A DNA stretch of 64,000 nucleotides. It comes from a virus. A program made the translations under genes and the position numbers. The stretch covers positions 20,641 through 84,640 of IMG/VR virus record IMGVR_UViG_3300020450_001021; one strand, 5' to 3'. Below, in pieces: positions 17,645-28,573 of the stretch. The notes beneath the pieces were generated by a model, which was not told where the DNA came from, searched no databases, and was given only the letters and a program-made list of their open reading frames with translations. The first letter of the stretch is position 1. Every line of letters begins with the position of its first letter.

Positions 17645-17823
17645 TTAGAAGATTTTCTAAACCACGCTCTATACAAACCAAATGATGTTGATAATATTAC
17701 TATTATCGCTATTGATACTGGTAATGTAATATGTGGGTCAGCATTAAAATGTGGAATAATAGCATTACATTTTGTCCATGTACCAGGTAGTGTATACACT
17801 GGTGGACAAGATAAAAAGATCAT
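17641..17823 (-). CDS. small TM protein, degenerate PsbN-like
   Basis: IIPH + TM helix ending FGLYRAWF, like the 3606-3818 protein, but without the acidic/His tail. Confidence 0.45.
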   Translation of the reverse strand: MIFLSCPPVYTLPGTWTKCNAIIPHFNADPHITLPVSIAIIVILSTSFGLYRAWFRKSSK

Positions 17824-17829
17824 AATTGA

Positions 17830-18327
17830 TTATACCCAATTTGGTTTTCTGGATTCGTCACGAAGATAATTAGATGCAACCCAAGGTTTGCTGCCAATGT
17901 AATTCTTGTAAGCAGTAAAAGTGTCAATGCTTGTGTCATGTTTATACTTATCAGGCATTGCCCTAGTAAATGATGTAGGTGAAGGACAATCTGGAAAGAT
18001 GATGTCAGCACATTCTATAGTATACTGACAACTATGTGTCTTACCATATCGGTGTGTGTACTCTGCACATAAAGCAAGTCCGTGGTCAATTAACCAACGG
18101 AAGTTTGTCTGTGCCCAAATTGTACATGGGTGGTTACGAAATGCACCCTTATCTGTTTTGTATGGTGTGCCATCTACTTTAGGTAGAACACCAAAACCAT
18201 GACCCCACTTTTCTGATGCTACAATAGATAACATTTGACATGTTTCTAATGGCATCTTGACAATGTGTTTGTCGGGTAGAACCTGTGCAGATGCAACAGG
18301 GTCTGGATCAGTAACAAAAATATTCAT
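17830..18327 (-). CDS. pyrimidine-dimer DNA glycosylase (DenV-like family)
   Basis: MNIF..D.DP..SA...DKHIVKM.LE..QMLS, NHPC..W, EY..RYGK.H. Confidence 0.75.
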   Translation of the reverse strand: MNIFVTDPDPVASAQVLPDKHIVKMPLETCQMLSIVASEKWGHGFGVLPKVDGTPYKTDKGAFRNHPCTIWAQTNFRWLIDHGLALCAEYTHRYGKTHSCQYTIECADIIFPDCPSPTSFTRAMPDKYKHDTSIDTFTAYKNYIGSKPWVASNYLRDESRKPNWV

Positions 18328-18338
18328 AAGAAATTACA

Positions 18339-18485
18339 TTATGTTTTAGGTGTAATTTGTCTACAAATTAAATAAGGAGAAACCATTTTGCATTGCAATG
18401 CTTTATCTTGTCGTAATGACACTATAATAATAGTTAGTTGAACTATTATTGTTATAGGAATAGCATACTTGAATACTTTCTTCAT
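18339..18485 (-). CDS. 48-aa membrane micro-protein (not in ORF track)
   Basis: Hand-translated MKKVFKYAIPITIIVQLTIIIVSLRQDKALQCKMVSPYLICRQITPKT; fills the intergenic gap. Confidence 0.6.
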   Translation of the reverse strand: MKKVFKYAIPITIIVQLTIIIVSLRQDKALQCKMVSPYLICRQITPKT

Positions 18486-18506
18486 GGTATCATTCTAGCA
18501 TCAATA

Positions 18507-18803
18507 CTATTCAAAGTCAATGCCAACTTCATCCTTTTGATCTCTATCTAAATCAGGAAGATGTGGTTCTACCCAGTGTTCTTTATTGTCAATGCCAGCA
18601 GCATCTACATATCTCATGATGTGCTGATCTACTTGACGAAATATATCATGTAGATTTAAATCCATGCGAATGTCATGTGCAATTTCTGCTACTTGCTTTT
18701 CATCTAAACAATGATCTGGATGCAGAAGATCACAACAAGGAATTCTTCTTTCAATCAACTCATTTAAGTTGATTCTAATTTCGTAATCTTGGTATACGGG
18801 CAT
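18507..18803 (-). CDS. acidic His-rich hypothetical protein (98 aa)
   Basis: Clean co-oriented ORF; PCCDLLHPDHC cluster. Confidence 0.6.
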   Translation of the reverse strand: MPVYQDYEIRINLNELIERRIPCCDLLHPDHCLDEKQVAEIAHDIRMDLNLHDIFRQVDQHIMRYVDAAGIDNKEHWVEPHLPDLDRDQKDEVGIDFE

Positions 18804-18828
18804 AATAATAAGAAACTTATTTTATATA

Positions 18829-19350
18829 TTAAAGAATACGTTCTAATCCATCTAATATATCAGAAGCAGTTATACTTTTCTTTGAAGGGGATACATTAGA
18901 TGCTAGTATTTTATAATCTCCATTTTCAAATTTAACTTTTGCTGCAGGTGATTTGTCAGTAAAGTATAATCTTTTTTCTACAGTATCCCAATCAGTATAA
19001 CCAAGAGTCATATTCTCAGTATCTACTAGGAACATATATTCAAATGTTTTATCTACTGTTTTGTTTTCACTTTGAAAATTTTTAAGAGTAATGGTTTTAG
19101 TTGAACCATTCTTGTTAAACATTTTAAGTGTTCCTTTCATTTCATAATGTGTTTGATCTTCTCCAAGAAAATCAACTCCATCCATATGATCTCCAACATA
19201 TTTTACTTGTCCATCACTCCACTTAGCAAATGATTTCTCTTGTAAGTATGTTCTAAAGGTCTTGAAAGTGTTTGATTTCATTTCTTTAGTATTAGTTGCA
19301 TTAACACAACCAAAGAACTCTTCAAGGTTTACACGTGAGATATCAATCAT
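18829..19350 (-). CDS. putative PD-(D/E)xK endonuclease
   Basis: DGVDF-x7-YEMKG matches the D...ExK catalytic pattern. Confidence 0.5.
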   Translation of the reverse strand: MIDISRVNLEEFFGCVNATNTKEMKSNTFKTFRTYLQEKSFAKWSDGQVKYVGDHMDGVDFLGEDQTHYEMKGTLKMFNKNGSTKTITLKNFQSENKTVDKTFEYMFLVDTENMTLGYTDWDTVEKRLYFTDKSPAAKVKFENGDYKILASNVSPSKKSITASDILDGLERIL

Positions 19351-19531
19351 CTATTAACTCCAAATCTTCTATTTGATCTGCAGTAACTTCATGGTCTGCA
19401 ATACGATACCAGTGTTTTGATATTCCCATAGCATCAGGTCTTACTCCTAGATATTCAAATTCATCACATTGGTTTTCACGTAACCATGCTTGTAAACGTT
19501 TATGCATTAATTCTTCTCTGCTAATTTTCAT
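19343..19531 (-). CDS. hypothetical protein (62 aa)
   Basis: GGAG RBS and ATG supplied by the 20-bp repeat; overlaps the next gene. Confidence 0.65.
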   Translation of the reverse strand: MKISREELMHKRLQAWLRENQCDEFEYLGVRPDAMGISKHWYRIADHEVTADQIEDLELIDD

Positions 19532-19547
19532 TTAAATTCACACTCCA
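19528..19547. repeat. 20-bp direct repeat, copy 1 (TGGAGTGTGAATTTAAATGA on - strand)
   Basis: Identical to 20125-20144. Confidence 0.9.
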
Positions 19548-20128
19548 TTAGTATATTCTCTTGGTACAGAGAAATAAGGTTTATTATCTCTGTGTAATAT
19601 ATTATTATTATGATCTACCAATTCTAAATTTGAAATATGATTATTAGATCGGTTTTTATCTTTATGATTTACTTCGTAGGCAGGATTCCAATTCTTAAAC
19701 CATGCTTCTGCCATTAAACGATGAACTAATTTACCTTCATACATTGCATATCCTTGTTCATTTAAATAAAAATTAACGGTTGTATCTTGAGTTGATCTTT
19801 TTTTTATTCTCCCATCAAAATAGTATATGTAATTACCAACCATTCTCATGTGAGGTCTACATTCAGAATATGGTGGTTTTACTTTACCATTATTCAATAA
19901 CCACATTAACCACTGTTTAACTGGTAACCTTGCTTTCGTTGGGAGTTTACCTTTTTCAAAATCTTTTCTAAGCATTGATTTCACACTATCATATGCTCTT
20001 TCAGTATAATCTTGTGCAAGAGGAATTCCTTGCAAATAATTTTCAAAAGTATATACCTTAATACCTTTTGTAACTTTTTTATAGATTTCTATTTCAAATC
20101 TATTGTAACCCCTTTTCTTTTTTCTCAT
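19538..20128 (-). CDS. free-standing HNH homing endonuclease
   Basis: LVHRLMAEAW...VNHKDKNRSNNHISNLE motif; ATGA overlap with the g44 stop. Confidence 0.85.
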   Translation of the reverse strand: MRKKKRGYNRFEIEIYKKVTKGIKVYTFENYLQGIPLAQDYTERAYDSVKSMLRKDFEKGKLPTKARLPVKQWLMWLLNNGKVKPPYSECRPHMRMVGNYIYYFDGRIKKRSTQDTTVNFYLNEQGYAMYEGKLVHRLMAEAWFKNWNPAYEVNHKDKNRSNNHISNLELVDHNNNILHRDNKPYFSVPREYTNGV

Positions 20129-20144
20129 TTAAATTCACACTCCA
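20125..20144. repeat. 20-bp direct repeat, copy 2 (3' end of g44)
   Basis: Identical to 19528-19547. Confidence 0.9.
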
Positions 20145-21066
20145 CCATTATTTCAGTCAATGCTGCTAGTAGATTTATTTCTTGGTCAGCAGCAAATGCT
20201 GATTGATATTGATACTTAGCAATAATCAATACTGCCTGTGGAATAGTTGCAGGTACTAGGTAAGTATATAAACTATCATAGATTGATCTAAAGATATGAG
20301 ATGGTTCATTATCTAAATTAGAAGCAACCCATTTCTTTACTGTAGTAAATTCTTGTTTCTTAAGTGATTCAGTTAATTGATTAAATTTAATTTCATTCAA
20401 ACTTGATAATATACCACTGTCTATAGTACCACCTATAGCATAACGTTGACACTCATTTAATGTTCTTCTCCAATCAGGAAAGAATTTAAGTATTAACTGT
20501 GGTAATACTTTCTCATCAAAATCAATATCTTCTTTATTTAAAATGTATTTTAAACGTTCAAAGAATTTTGATGCTACCATCTTTTTATCAGCAGAGGGTA
20601 TTGTAAAATCTATTACAGTACATCTAGAATGTAATGGTTCTAAAATTTTATTCTTATAGTTACATGTAAATATAAATCTACAATTACCATGAAATTTTTC
20701 TATGTTTGCTCTTAATGCAAGTTGTACATCATTACCAGTATTGTCTGCTTCATCTACTATAACAACTTTATGTTGTGAATCAGAAGACAAAGATACAGTA
20801 GAAGCAAAGTTAGCAACCTTATTTCTAACTGTGTCAAGATAACGTCCTTCATCAGAACCATTGATAATAATATAATCAACTTTTAATTGTTCACATAGTG
20901 CTCTAGCAACAGTTGTTTTACCAATACCTGCTGTGCCATGTAAAAGCATATTAGATATTTGACCTGTTGCTAGAAACGATTTAAATTGATTCTTAATCGT
21001 ATCAGGTAAAATACAATCTTCAATTTTCTTTGGTCGGTATTTTTCGACCCATACAAAATCAGTCAT
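20125..21066 (-). CDS. 44: clamp loader large subunit gp44
   Basis: WVEKYRP, GTAGIGKTT, IVDEAD, PLHSRC; likely start MTDF at 21066. Confidence 0.96.
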   Translation of the reverse strand: MTDFVWVEKYRPKKIEDCILPDTIKNQFKSFLATGQISNMLLHGTAGIGKTTVARALCEQLKVDYIIINGSDEGRYLDTVRNKVANFASTVSLSSDSQHKVVIVDEADNTGNDVQLALRANIEKFHGNCRFIFTCNYKNKILEPLHSRCTVIDFTIPSADKKMVASKFFERLKYILNKEDIDFDEKVLPQLILKFFPDWRRTLNECQRYAIGGTIDSGILSSLNEIKFNQLTESLKKQEFTTVKKWVASNLDNEPSHIFRSIYDSLYTYLVPATIPQAVLIIAKYQYQSAFAADQEINLLAALTEIMVECEFK

Positions 21067-21259
21067 TGTTAATAATATAAGTGGGTGGTGTGTGATGATC
21101 GTTCCAATGACGAATATTGCCACCAACAATAAAACAGTTAGTAATTACTAGTTGAAGGAAGATAAGAGTTCTTATCATTGCAACATAATCTGCTTCTCTA
21201 TTAGATTTACCAGATTTGTCACCTAATGCTTTTGCCCATACCCTCCATATCTTTCTCAC
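21059..21259 (-). CDS. small membrane hypothetical protein (66 aa)
   Basis: WRVWAKALG.K...EAD.VA.IRT + TM + NIRHW; GTG start coupled to the upstream TGA. Confidence 0.7.
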   Translation of the reverse strand: MRKIWRVWAKALGDKSGKSNREADYVAMIRTLIFLQLVITNCFIVGGNIRHWNDHHTPPTYIINND

Positions 21260-21327
21260 TTTTTAAACACTCCCAAACTTCTTAATATAAAAATAGTAAT
21301 TACTGTCCAAAAAATTATATACCACAT
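21256..21327 (-). CDS. 23-aa hydrophobic micro-peptide (not in ORF track)
   Basis: MWYIIFWTVITIFILRSLGVFKK; TAATG overlap with g45 and GTGA overlap with the next gene. Confidence 0.7.
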   Translation of the reverse strand: MWYIIFWTVITIFILRSLGVFKK

Positions 21328-21989
21328 TATCCAAAAGTAGAGTCAGGTTCTAGTGCTATGTAATACTCTAACTTCAATGAGTTATTACAAAAACGAGCAA
21401 CTCTTTCACTAATCTCAACATCATATGTACCTGGTATTATCTTTATGTTTTCTATTTTAAAGTTAAATTTAAATGGAATTTCAGATTCTCCAACTTCATA
21501 AGATACTGCATTAGAAGTATCGTTCTCTTTATCCTTAACAACTAAACAAACTTCACCACCTTCTGATTCTAAACATAAATCTGGTAATTGATATACACGT
21601 GCACCTTTCATCAAATGTGATAATGTTTCATTAGTAAACTGAAAACTAAATTGATGTTCTGGTAATTGTATATCTTTCTCTGGTGGTTTAGCAATTACAT
21701 CAGGATCAGCAAAGAAATACTTTACTTTAGATCTACCATTTTTAATAGTCATATATGACTGGTTATCAAAATTGATAGAAGGATTATGGAATAAAGAAAC
21801 CCCACCTAAGAATTGCCCTAGATCATATATGGCAAATGGGATAGGAAAATCTTCATTAATCTCTGCCTTAGCAAAGATGTTGTTAGTTACAGAGATAGTA
21901 CTAATTGTACTACCACCTTTAAAATAAATTGAGTTGTTTACTGATTGAAAGTTCTTGAGAATTTCTTTTGTTTCTTCAGATAGTTGCAT
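21327..21989 (-). CDS. 45: sliding clamp gp45
   Basis: LS..T..ILKNF..VN.SI, FAIYDL..FL, YYIALEPDS; upstream of g44. Confidence 0.95.
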   Translation of the reverse strand: MQLSEETKEILKNFQSVNNSIYFKGGSTISTISVTNNIFAKAEINEDFPIPFAIYDLGQFLGGVSLFHNPSINFDNQSYMTIKNGRSKVKYFFADPDVIAKPPEKDIQLPEHQFSFQFTNETLSHLMKGARVYQLPDLCLESEGGEVCLVVKDKENDTSNAVSYEVGESEIPFKFNFKIENIKIIPGTYDVEISERVARFCNNSLKLEYYIALEPDSTFG

Positions 21990-21991
21990 AA

Positions 21992-24106
<2,115 letters not shown>

Positions 24107-24129
24107 TGTTTTTTCTTAATTATGAATTC

Positions 24130-24184
24130 ATTATAAAAGATAAATGTGGTATTTTCTACCACTTGTGTGACAGTTTATCAACTG
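24130..24184 (-). promoter_or_regulatory. early-type promoter: palindrome + hairpin + TATAAT
   Basis: CAGTT-N4-AACTG (24171-24184), GTGGTA-N5-TACCAC (24146-24162), TATAAT (24130-24135). Confidence 0.65.
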
Positions 24185-24185
24185 G

Positions 24186-26432
24186 TTATGCTACCATGTC
24201 GATAAATGATGATAACACTTTTTTATTAGTGTTTTTGTTCTTTAAATTCTTTTTGAATGCAGAACGTATTTGTGCTTTAGTAGCATTTTCTTTCACTTCA
24301 AAAGATTCACTGGCATTTAAATTGTTTGAGGCAAGACCATAAAGAATACTATAACCTGTTGGTTTTAGGATTGCTGATCTTATCTTACTCCATGACTTTT
24401 TATCTTTCTCTGTATACATTTCATCTTCTTTATACTGGTAATGAAATCTACTTACCTCACCAGATTGTAATAGACGAATACCTATTATATTAACATTAGG
24501 AAAATTATCTTGCAAATTTTGTAACAATGTTTGTGTTATACTGCTTTTCCAGTTCCACTCATTACAAGCATTATATACTCTACCAATCTTTCTATCACGT
24601 ATTTGACAACGATTATGTAAACTAACTCTACCCCATACCTTCTCATCACTATAATATGAATCTACCTTATTAACACGTCCGATAGAACATGACTCACCAT
24701 CAGTTAGTAATACTGTATTTAATTTAGTAACTTGATGTTTTTTAAAGAAGTCAGGTATTAAAGTACGTAAAGAAATTATACACTCATTTAAAGGAGTACC
24801 TGATAAGTTTAATCCATATGGAACATATTCAGAATAACCATACTGTATTGAATGTGATAATTTAAATATTGCTTCACAATCTATTTCTAATTCTTTATTA
24901 CTTCTATTAGATGATAAGAAGTTTAGAAGACGGAAAGAAGGATGACAGTATATGGTATTCTCTACCATTTTTTGTATCTCTTTTAATCCTATTCTAGAAT
25001 CTTCAGATCTGTTTTGCCACTCAGGTGCAGAGTCATTTGTAAATCCATAAACTTCAAAAGGTATATTAACTTTCTTACAGAACCATACTAGATTTAGTAA
25101 TTGTTTTACTGTGTCATTTATAACATGGTGCATAGATCCAGACCAATCTAATATAAAGATTAGTCCATGATTCTTACCCTCTGGTAAAATAGTTACCTTC
25201 TTGAAAAGATCCTCGTTGAATTTGTACGTATGGAGTTTCTTTGTGTCCAGTACTCCAGTCCTAGAAGTAGCAGCACGAGCGTAAGCATCTGCAGATTTTC
25301 TACATTCAAATTCCTTAACAAGATAATTGACTCCCTTACTAGATTCCTTTTTATATTTTAGATACTTTTCTTTAAATTGTCCATCAAGATTACGATATGT
25401 AAACGTATCATCAGTTGAATAGTTATATCTAACTTTCTCGTCACTCACTTCTCTCCACCATTTTTGTACATAATTACTAAGACGTTTTGAATCAACTAAA
25501 ATATCATCCATATTTAACTCTGGAAAATCTAGATATATTGTTTCTCTTGCTTCTTCATTAATTAATTGCTGTTGATTTGTGTCAAAAGATTCTTGTGTTT
25601 GTGATGTAAACTCATCAGGTATATCATTTGAATATCTGCCACCTTCATTAGAATGAGTTAGTGGTTCTTCATTACTATCAGTATCTTCAGATGATTCTTG
25701 TTTTGCCTGAGTGTCATCACCATCACCATCAACAGATTGACCTTGATTATTTTCTTCTTTTAAATCATGGTCTTCATCTTTTGATACGTTCTCAACATAC
25801 ACTGGTTCAGAATCTTCATTATCACTATTTTTATTTTCTTTATTTGGATGAACTGATATCTCCTTTAAGTTCATATTCAATTCTTGTGTCTCTTTAAGGT
25901 TGTTGTATATACGAAGACATAATTCTAAAACTTCTTCAAAAGTTTCTAGACCTTTACAAATATTAACTACAGTTTGTTCATCTTCAGTAAAAGGAATAAT
26001 TTCAAATGAACCTAATTTAAAATATAAATTGATACGATCAATAAAAGCAAACTCATCAAAATCTTTACCATCTATTTCAAAGAAATCTTTTACATGTAAT
26101 TCTTTATATCCCTTATAGAAACTTTTTGATAAACCACCATATCTTCTTTTCATTAACTTTTCAATACGTGCATCCTCTATTACATTTACAAATGAAGGAG
26201 GAATATCTTTATACTTATCTTTCTTCCATTCTTCTACTGGAGTATATAATGCATGTCCTACTTCATGTCCTACGAGCATATCATATACATTTTCTGATAC
26301 ATCCCACATAGGAAGAGTCAATACTCTTGTTTCTACATTGAAACATGCTGTTGGTACTTGCTTATGTTCTACTATGAGATTCTCAGTAGCAAGAAGTTTA
26401 GCAAGATTGTCTTTGACCTCTAAGTTTTTCAT
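24186..26432 (-). CDS. HEXXH metallopeptidase-like + acidic linker + VWA-domain protein
   Basis: HEVGH...NVIEDARIE, acidic linker, MIDAS motif LDWSGSM, GTPL, LTDGES. Confidence 0.85.
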   Translation of the reverse strand: MKNLEVKDNLAKLLATENLIVEHKQVPTACFNVETRVLTLPMWDVSENVYDMLVGHEVGHALYTPVEEWKKDKYKDIPPSFVNVIEDARIEKLMKRRYGGLSKSFYKGYKELHVKDFFEIDGKDFDEFAFIDRINLYFKLGSFEIIPFTEDEQTVVNICKGLETFEEVLELCLRIYNNLKETQELNMNLKEISVHPNKENKNSDNEDSEPVYVENVSKDEDHDLKEENNQGQSVDGDGDDTQAKQESSEDTDSNEEPLTHSNEGGRYSNDIPDEFTSQTQESFDTNQQQLINEEARETIYLDFPELNMDDILVDSKRLSNYVQKWWREVSDEKVRYNYSTDDTFTYRNLDGQFKEKYLKYKKESSKGVNYLVKEFECRKSADAYARAATSRTGVLDTKKLHTYKFNEDLFKKVTILPEGKNHGLIFILDWSGSMHHVINDTVKQLLNLVWFCKKVNIPFEVYGFTNDSAPEWQNRSEDSRIGLKEIQKMVENTIYCHPSFRLLNFLSSNRSNKELEIDCEAIFKLSHSIQYGYSEYVPYGLNLSGTPLNECIISLRTLIPDFFKKHQVTKLNTVLLTDGESCSIGRVNKVDSYYSDEKVWGRVSLHNRCQIRDRKIGRVYNACNEWNWKSSITQTLLQNLQDNFPNVNIIGIRLLQSGEVSRFHYQYKEDEMYTEKDKKSWSKIRSAILKPTGYSILYGLASNNLNASESFEVKENATKAQIRSAFKKNLKNKNTNKKVLSSFIDMVA

Positions 26433-26605
26433 GAGTGTTCCATTAATATATTTCTATTATAATAAGAAACCCTCCGCTTGGGAGGGTTGAGTAGACGGTT
26501 TATCAACTGTCTACGTCTTTTTTTAGCAGCACGTAATGCTTGAGGTTTCAAGGTACGTTTCTGTTCTTTTTTAGAGTGATGTTGCCAGTTCGGAAGTTGT
26601 GCCAT
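26429..26605 (-). CDS. 58-aa basic micro-protein (not in ORF track)
   Basis: Hand-translated MAQLPNWQHHSKKEQKRTLKPQALRAAKKRRRQLINRLLNPPKRRVSYYNRNILMEHS; ATGA overlap with the VWA gene. Confidence 0.65.
   Translation of the reverse strand: MAQLPNWQHHSKKEQKRTLKPQALRAAKKRRRQLINRLLNPPKRRVSYYNRNILMEHS
26456..26514 (-). promoter_or_regulatory. early-type promoter: palindrome + hairpin + TATAAT
   Basis: GTAGACAGTT-GATA-AACCGTCTAC (26491-26514), AACCCTCC-N5-GGAGGGTT (26468-26488), TATAAT (26456-26461). Confidence 0.65.
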
Positions 26606-28322
26606 CGTACTGTTTAGGTTTAGAAAAATTCTTGTATTTCTTGAATTCTATCACATTATTAAACTTATCTACTATCTGTTCACCTTTATGTGAGATAACA
26701 AACACATTATTACCATCAGTAATATTGTATAGTATTCTCATAAAGTCCTGTGTACCATTACTATCTAAAGAACTATCAAAAATTTCGTCAAGAATAAGGA
26801 TATTTGTATTAACTGAATTTTTTAATTTAGCAATCTCTCTCCATGTGAAAAGAAGTGCTAGATCAATTCTCATCTTCTCTCCTTCTGAGAAAGAAGCGTA
26901 AGAGAAATCATCTCTAAATCTAGATTTAATTGTTTCATTAAACATCTCATCAAGATTAAAGTTGACATAAAACTCTAACTTCTGAAGGTATTTATTAATA
27001 AGATCATTCATTACAGGTAAGTACTTTCTAATGATAGATGATTTAACACCTCCGTCTTTTAAAAATTCTGACACCATTTTTAAATCTTCTTGTTTAGTAA
27101 GTACTTCTTTTTTTAAAGATTCTTTTTCTCTACCTTGTCCTATTATTTTTAATAACTTACTTTTTTCTTTATCAACTGAATCATCATTAGTTTTTATAGA
27201 TTCAATTTCTTTCTGTATCTCTTTAATTTTCTTGTTCTTCCAGTTTATATCACTCAATAATTGTTTTATTTTTATTTGAGATTCTTTAATTAATGTGTGT
27301 ATACTATTTCTTTCTGATAATTTTTTATTTAACTTTGTATGTTCACTATTAATTTGATCTAATGCTTCATTTAGTTTAGAAAGTTTACTCTCATCAGTAG
27401 TTACCATCTCATCACGTAAAGTTTCTTTTATAATTTGATGACATGTAGGACAACTTGTATTGTTACTAAAGAATTTAATTTCTTTCTTTAAATCTTTCAT
27501 CTTACTATTAAAAGTAACTTTAAAATCCCTTAACTTTTGTATTCTATCAGTTGGATCTTCAGTTTCTTCTAATTCATATGTTAAACTATCAACTTCTCTC
27601 ATATCAAGTTCTAAAGATTCTTCAGACCTTTCTATATCTTGCCTTAATGTTTCTATGGATTCATTCCAATGTGATACATTACTTTGACTTTGTTTTTTTA
27701 AATCCTCTATTAGTGTTTTTTGTACCCGTACTTTATCTTTTAGTAAATACATTGTATTTTCTACATCCATTACCTCTTCTTTATTAACTTTAATTCTCTC
27801 TTTTAATATCAAATTCATAGTAGAGAATATTCTTATATCAAGTATATCTTCTATAACATCTCTTCTGCCTGGTGCAGATAACTGCATGAATGGCACAAAC
27901 GTACTTGATCCTAACACAACTATTTGTGTAAAAGATTTATAATTCATTTTTAAAACGTTTTGTTCTAACCATTTTTGTTGATCATTAATTGCAGATTCCT
28001 GATCTAACAAACCATTATTTTTATAGATCTCAAATACATTTGGTTTTATACCTCTAATTATTTTCCATGTTATCTTTCCAATTATAAATTCTAACTCTAC
28101 CTTACAGTCACTACAGTTAGTAGTATTTACTAATTGATTTTTATTAATTTTACGAAATGGTTTACTAAACAAAGAAAAACATAGTGCATCTAAAATAGTA
28201 GATTTACCTGCACCGTTCTCTCCTACGATCAATGTTCTGTTATGACCATTAAGATTTACTTCAGTAAAGTTATTTCCTGTGCTCAAGAAATTTTTCCATT
28301 TTATAGATTTAAATTCAATCAT
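26571..28322 (-). CDS. 46: recombination endonuclease subunit gp46 (Rad50/SbcC-like)
   Basis: GENGAGKS, CPTC zinc hook, FSEGEKMRIDLALLF, ILDEIFD. Confidence 0.96.
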   Translation of the reverse strand: MIEFKSIKWKNFLSTGNNFTEVNLNGHNRTLIVGENGAGKSTILDALCFSLFSKPFRKINKNQLVNTTNCSDCKVELEFIIGKITWKIIRGIKPNVFEIYKNNGLLDQESAINDQQKWLEQNVLKMNYKSFTQIVVLGSSTFVPFMQLSAPGRRDVIEDILDIRIFSTMNLILKERIKVNKEEVMDVENTMYLLKDKVRVQKTLIEDLKKQSQSNVSHWNESIETLRQDIERSEESLELDMREVDSLTYELEETEDPTDRIQKLRDFKVTFNSKMKDLKKEIKFFSNNTSCPTCHQIIKETLRDEMVTTDESKLSKLNEALDQINSEHTKLNKKLSERNSIHTLIKESQIKIKQLLSDINWKNKKIKEIQKEIESIKTNDDSVDKEKSKLLKIIGQGREKESLKKEVLTKQEDLKMVSEFLKDGGVKSSIIRKYLPVMNDLINKYLQKLEFYVNFNLDEMFNETIKSRFRDDFSYASFSEGEKMRIDLALLFTWREIAKLKNSVNTNILILDEIFDSSLDSNGTQDFMRILYNITDGNNVFVISHKGEQIVDKFNNVIEFKKYKNFSKPKQYDGTTSELATSL

Positions 28323-28573
28323 GCTTTGGGTGGAATAATAATGTCATCAGGGGTAACTACACAATAAGTATATCCATGCTCTTCACATATTTGCATAGCA
28401 AGTTCATCTTCTACTTCTATAATTTTCATCTCAGGATAATCTTCTGCCATTAATAAATTAGCATGTCTAATAGCATCCTCTTCATCTTCAAAAAGATATA
28501 GAACATTATTTTTCCCAACGTTGGGTGCATATGCTCCTTCATCTTCTTTACCTGCAACTGTCAATAAAAACAT
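28319..28573 (-). CDS. acidic hypothetical protein (84 aa)
   Basis: Coupled between g47 and g46; EGAYA..LYLFE..EDA.R...DIIIPP. Confidence 0.7.
   Translation of the reverse strand: MFLLTVAGKEDEGAYAPNVGKNNVLYLFEDEEDAIRHANLLMAEDYPEMKIIEVEDELAMQICEEHGYTYCVVTPDDIIIPPKA

Noticed and set aside
26468-26488. GGAGGG hairpin as a simple terminator for g46
   Set aside because: It has a weak U-tract (TTTCTT) and could terminate, but its position matches the inner repeat of the twin promoter at 24146-24162, so it is reported as part of that element
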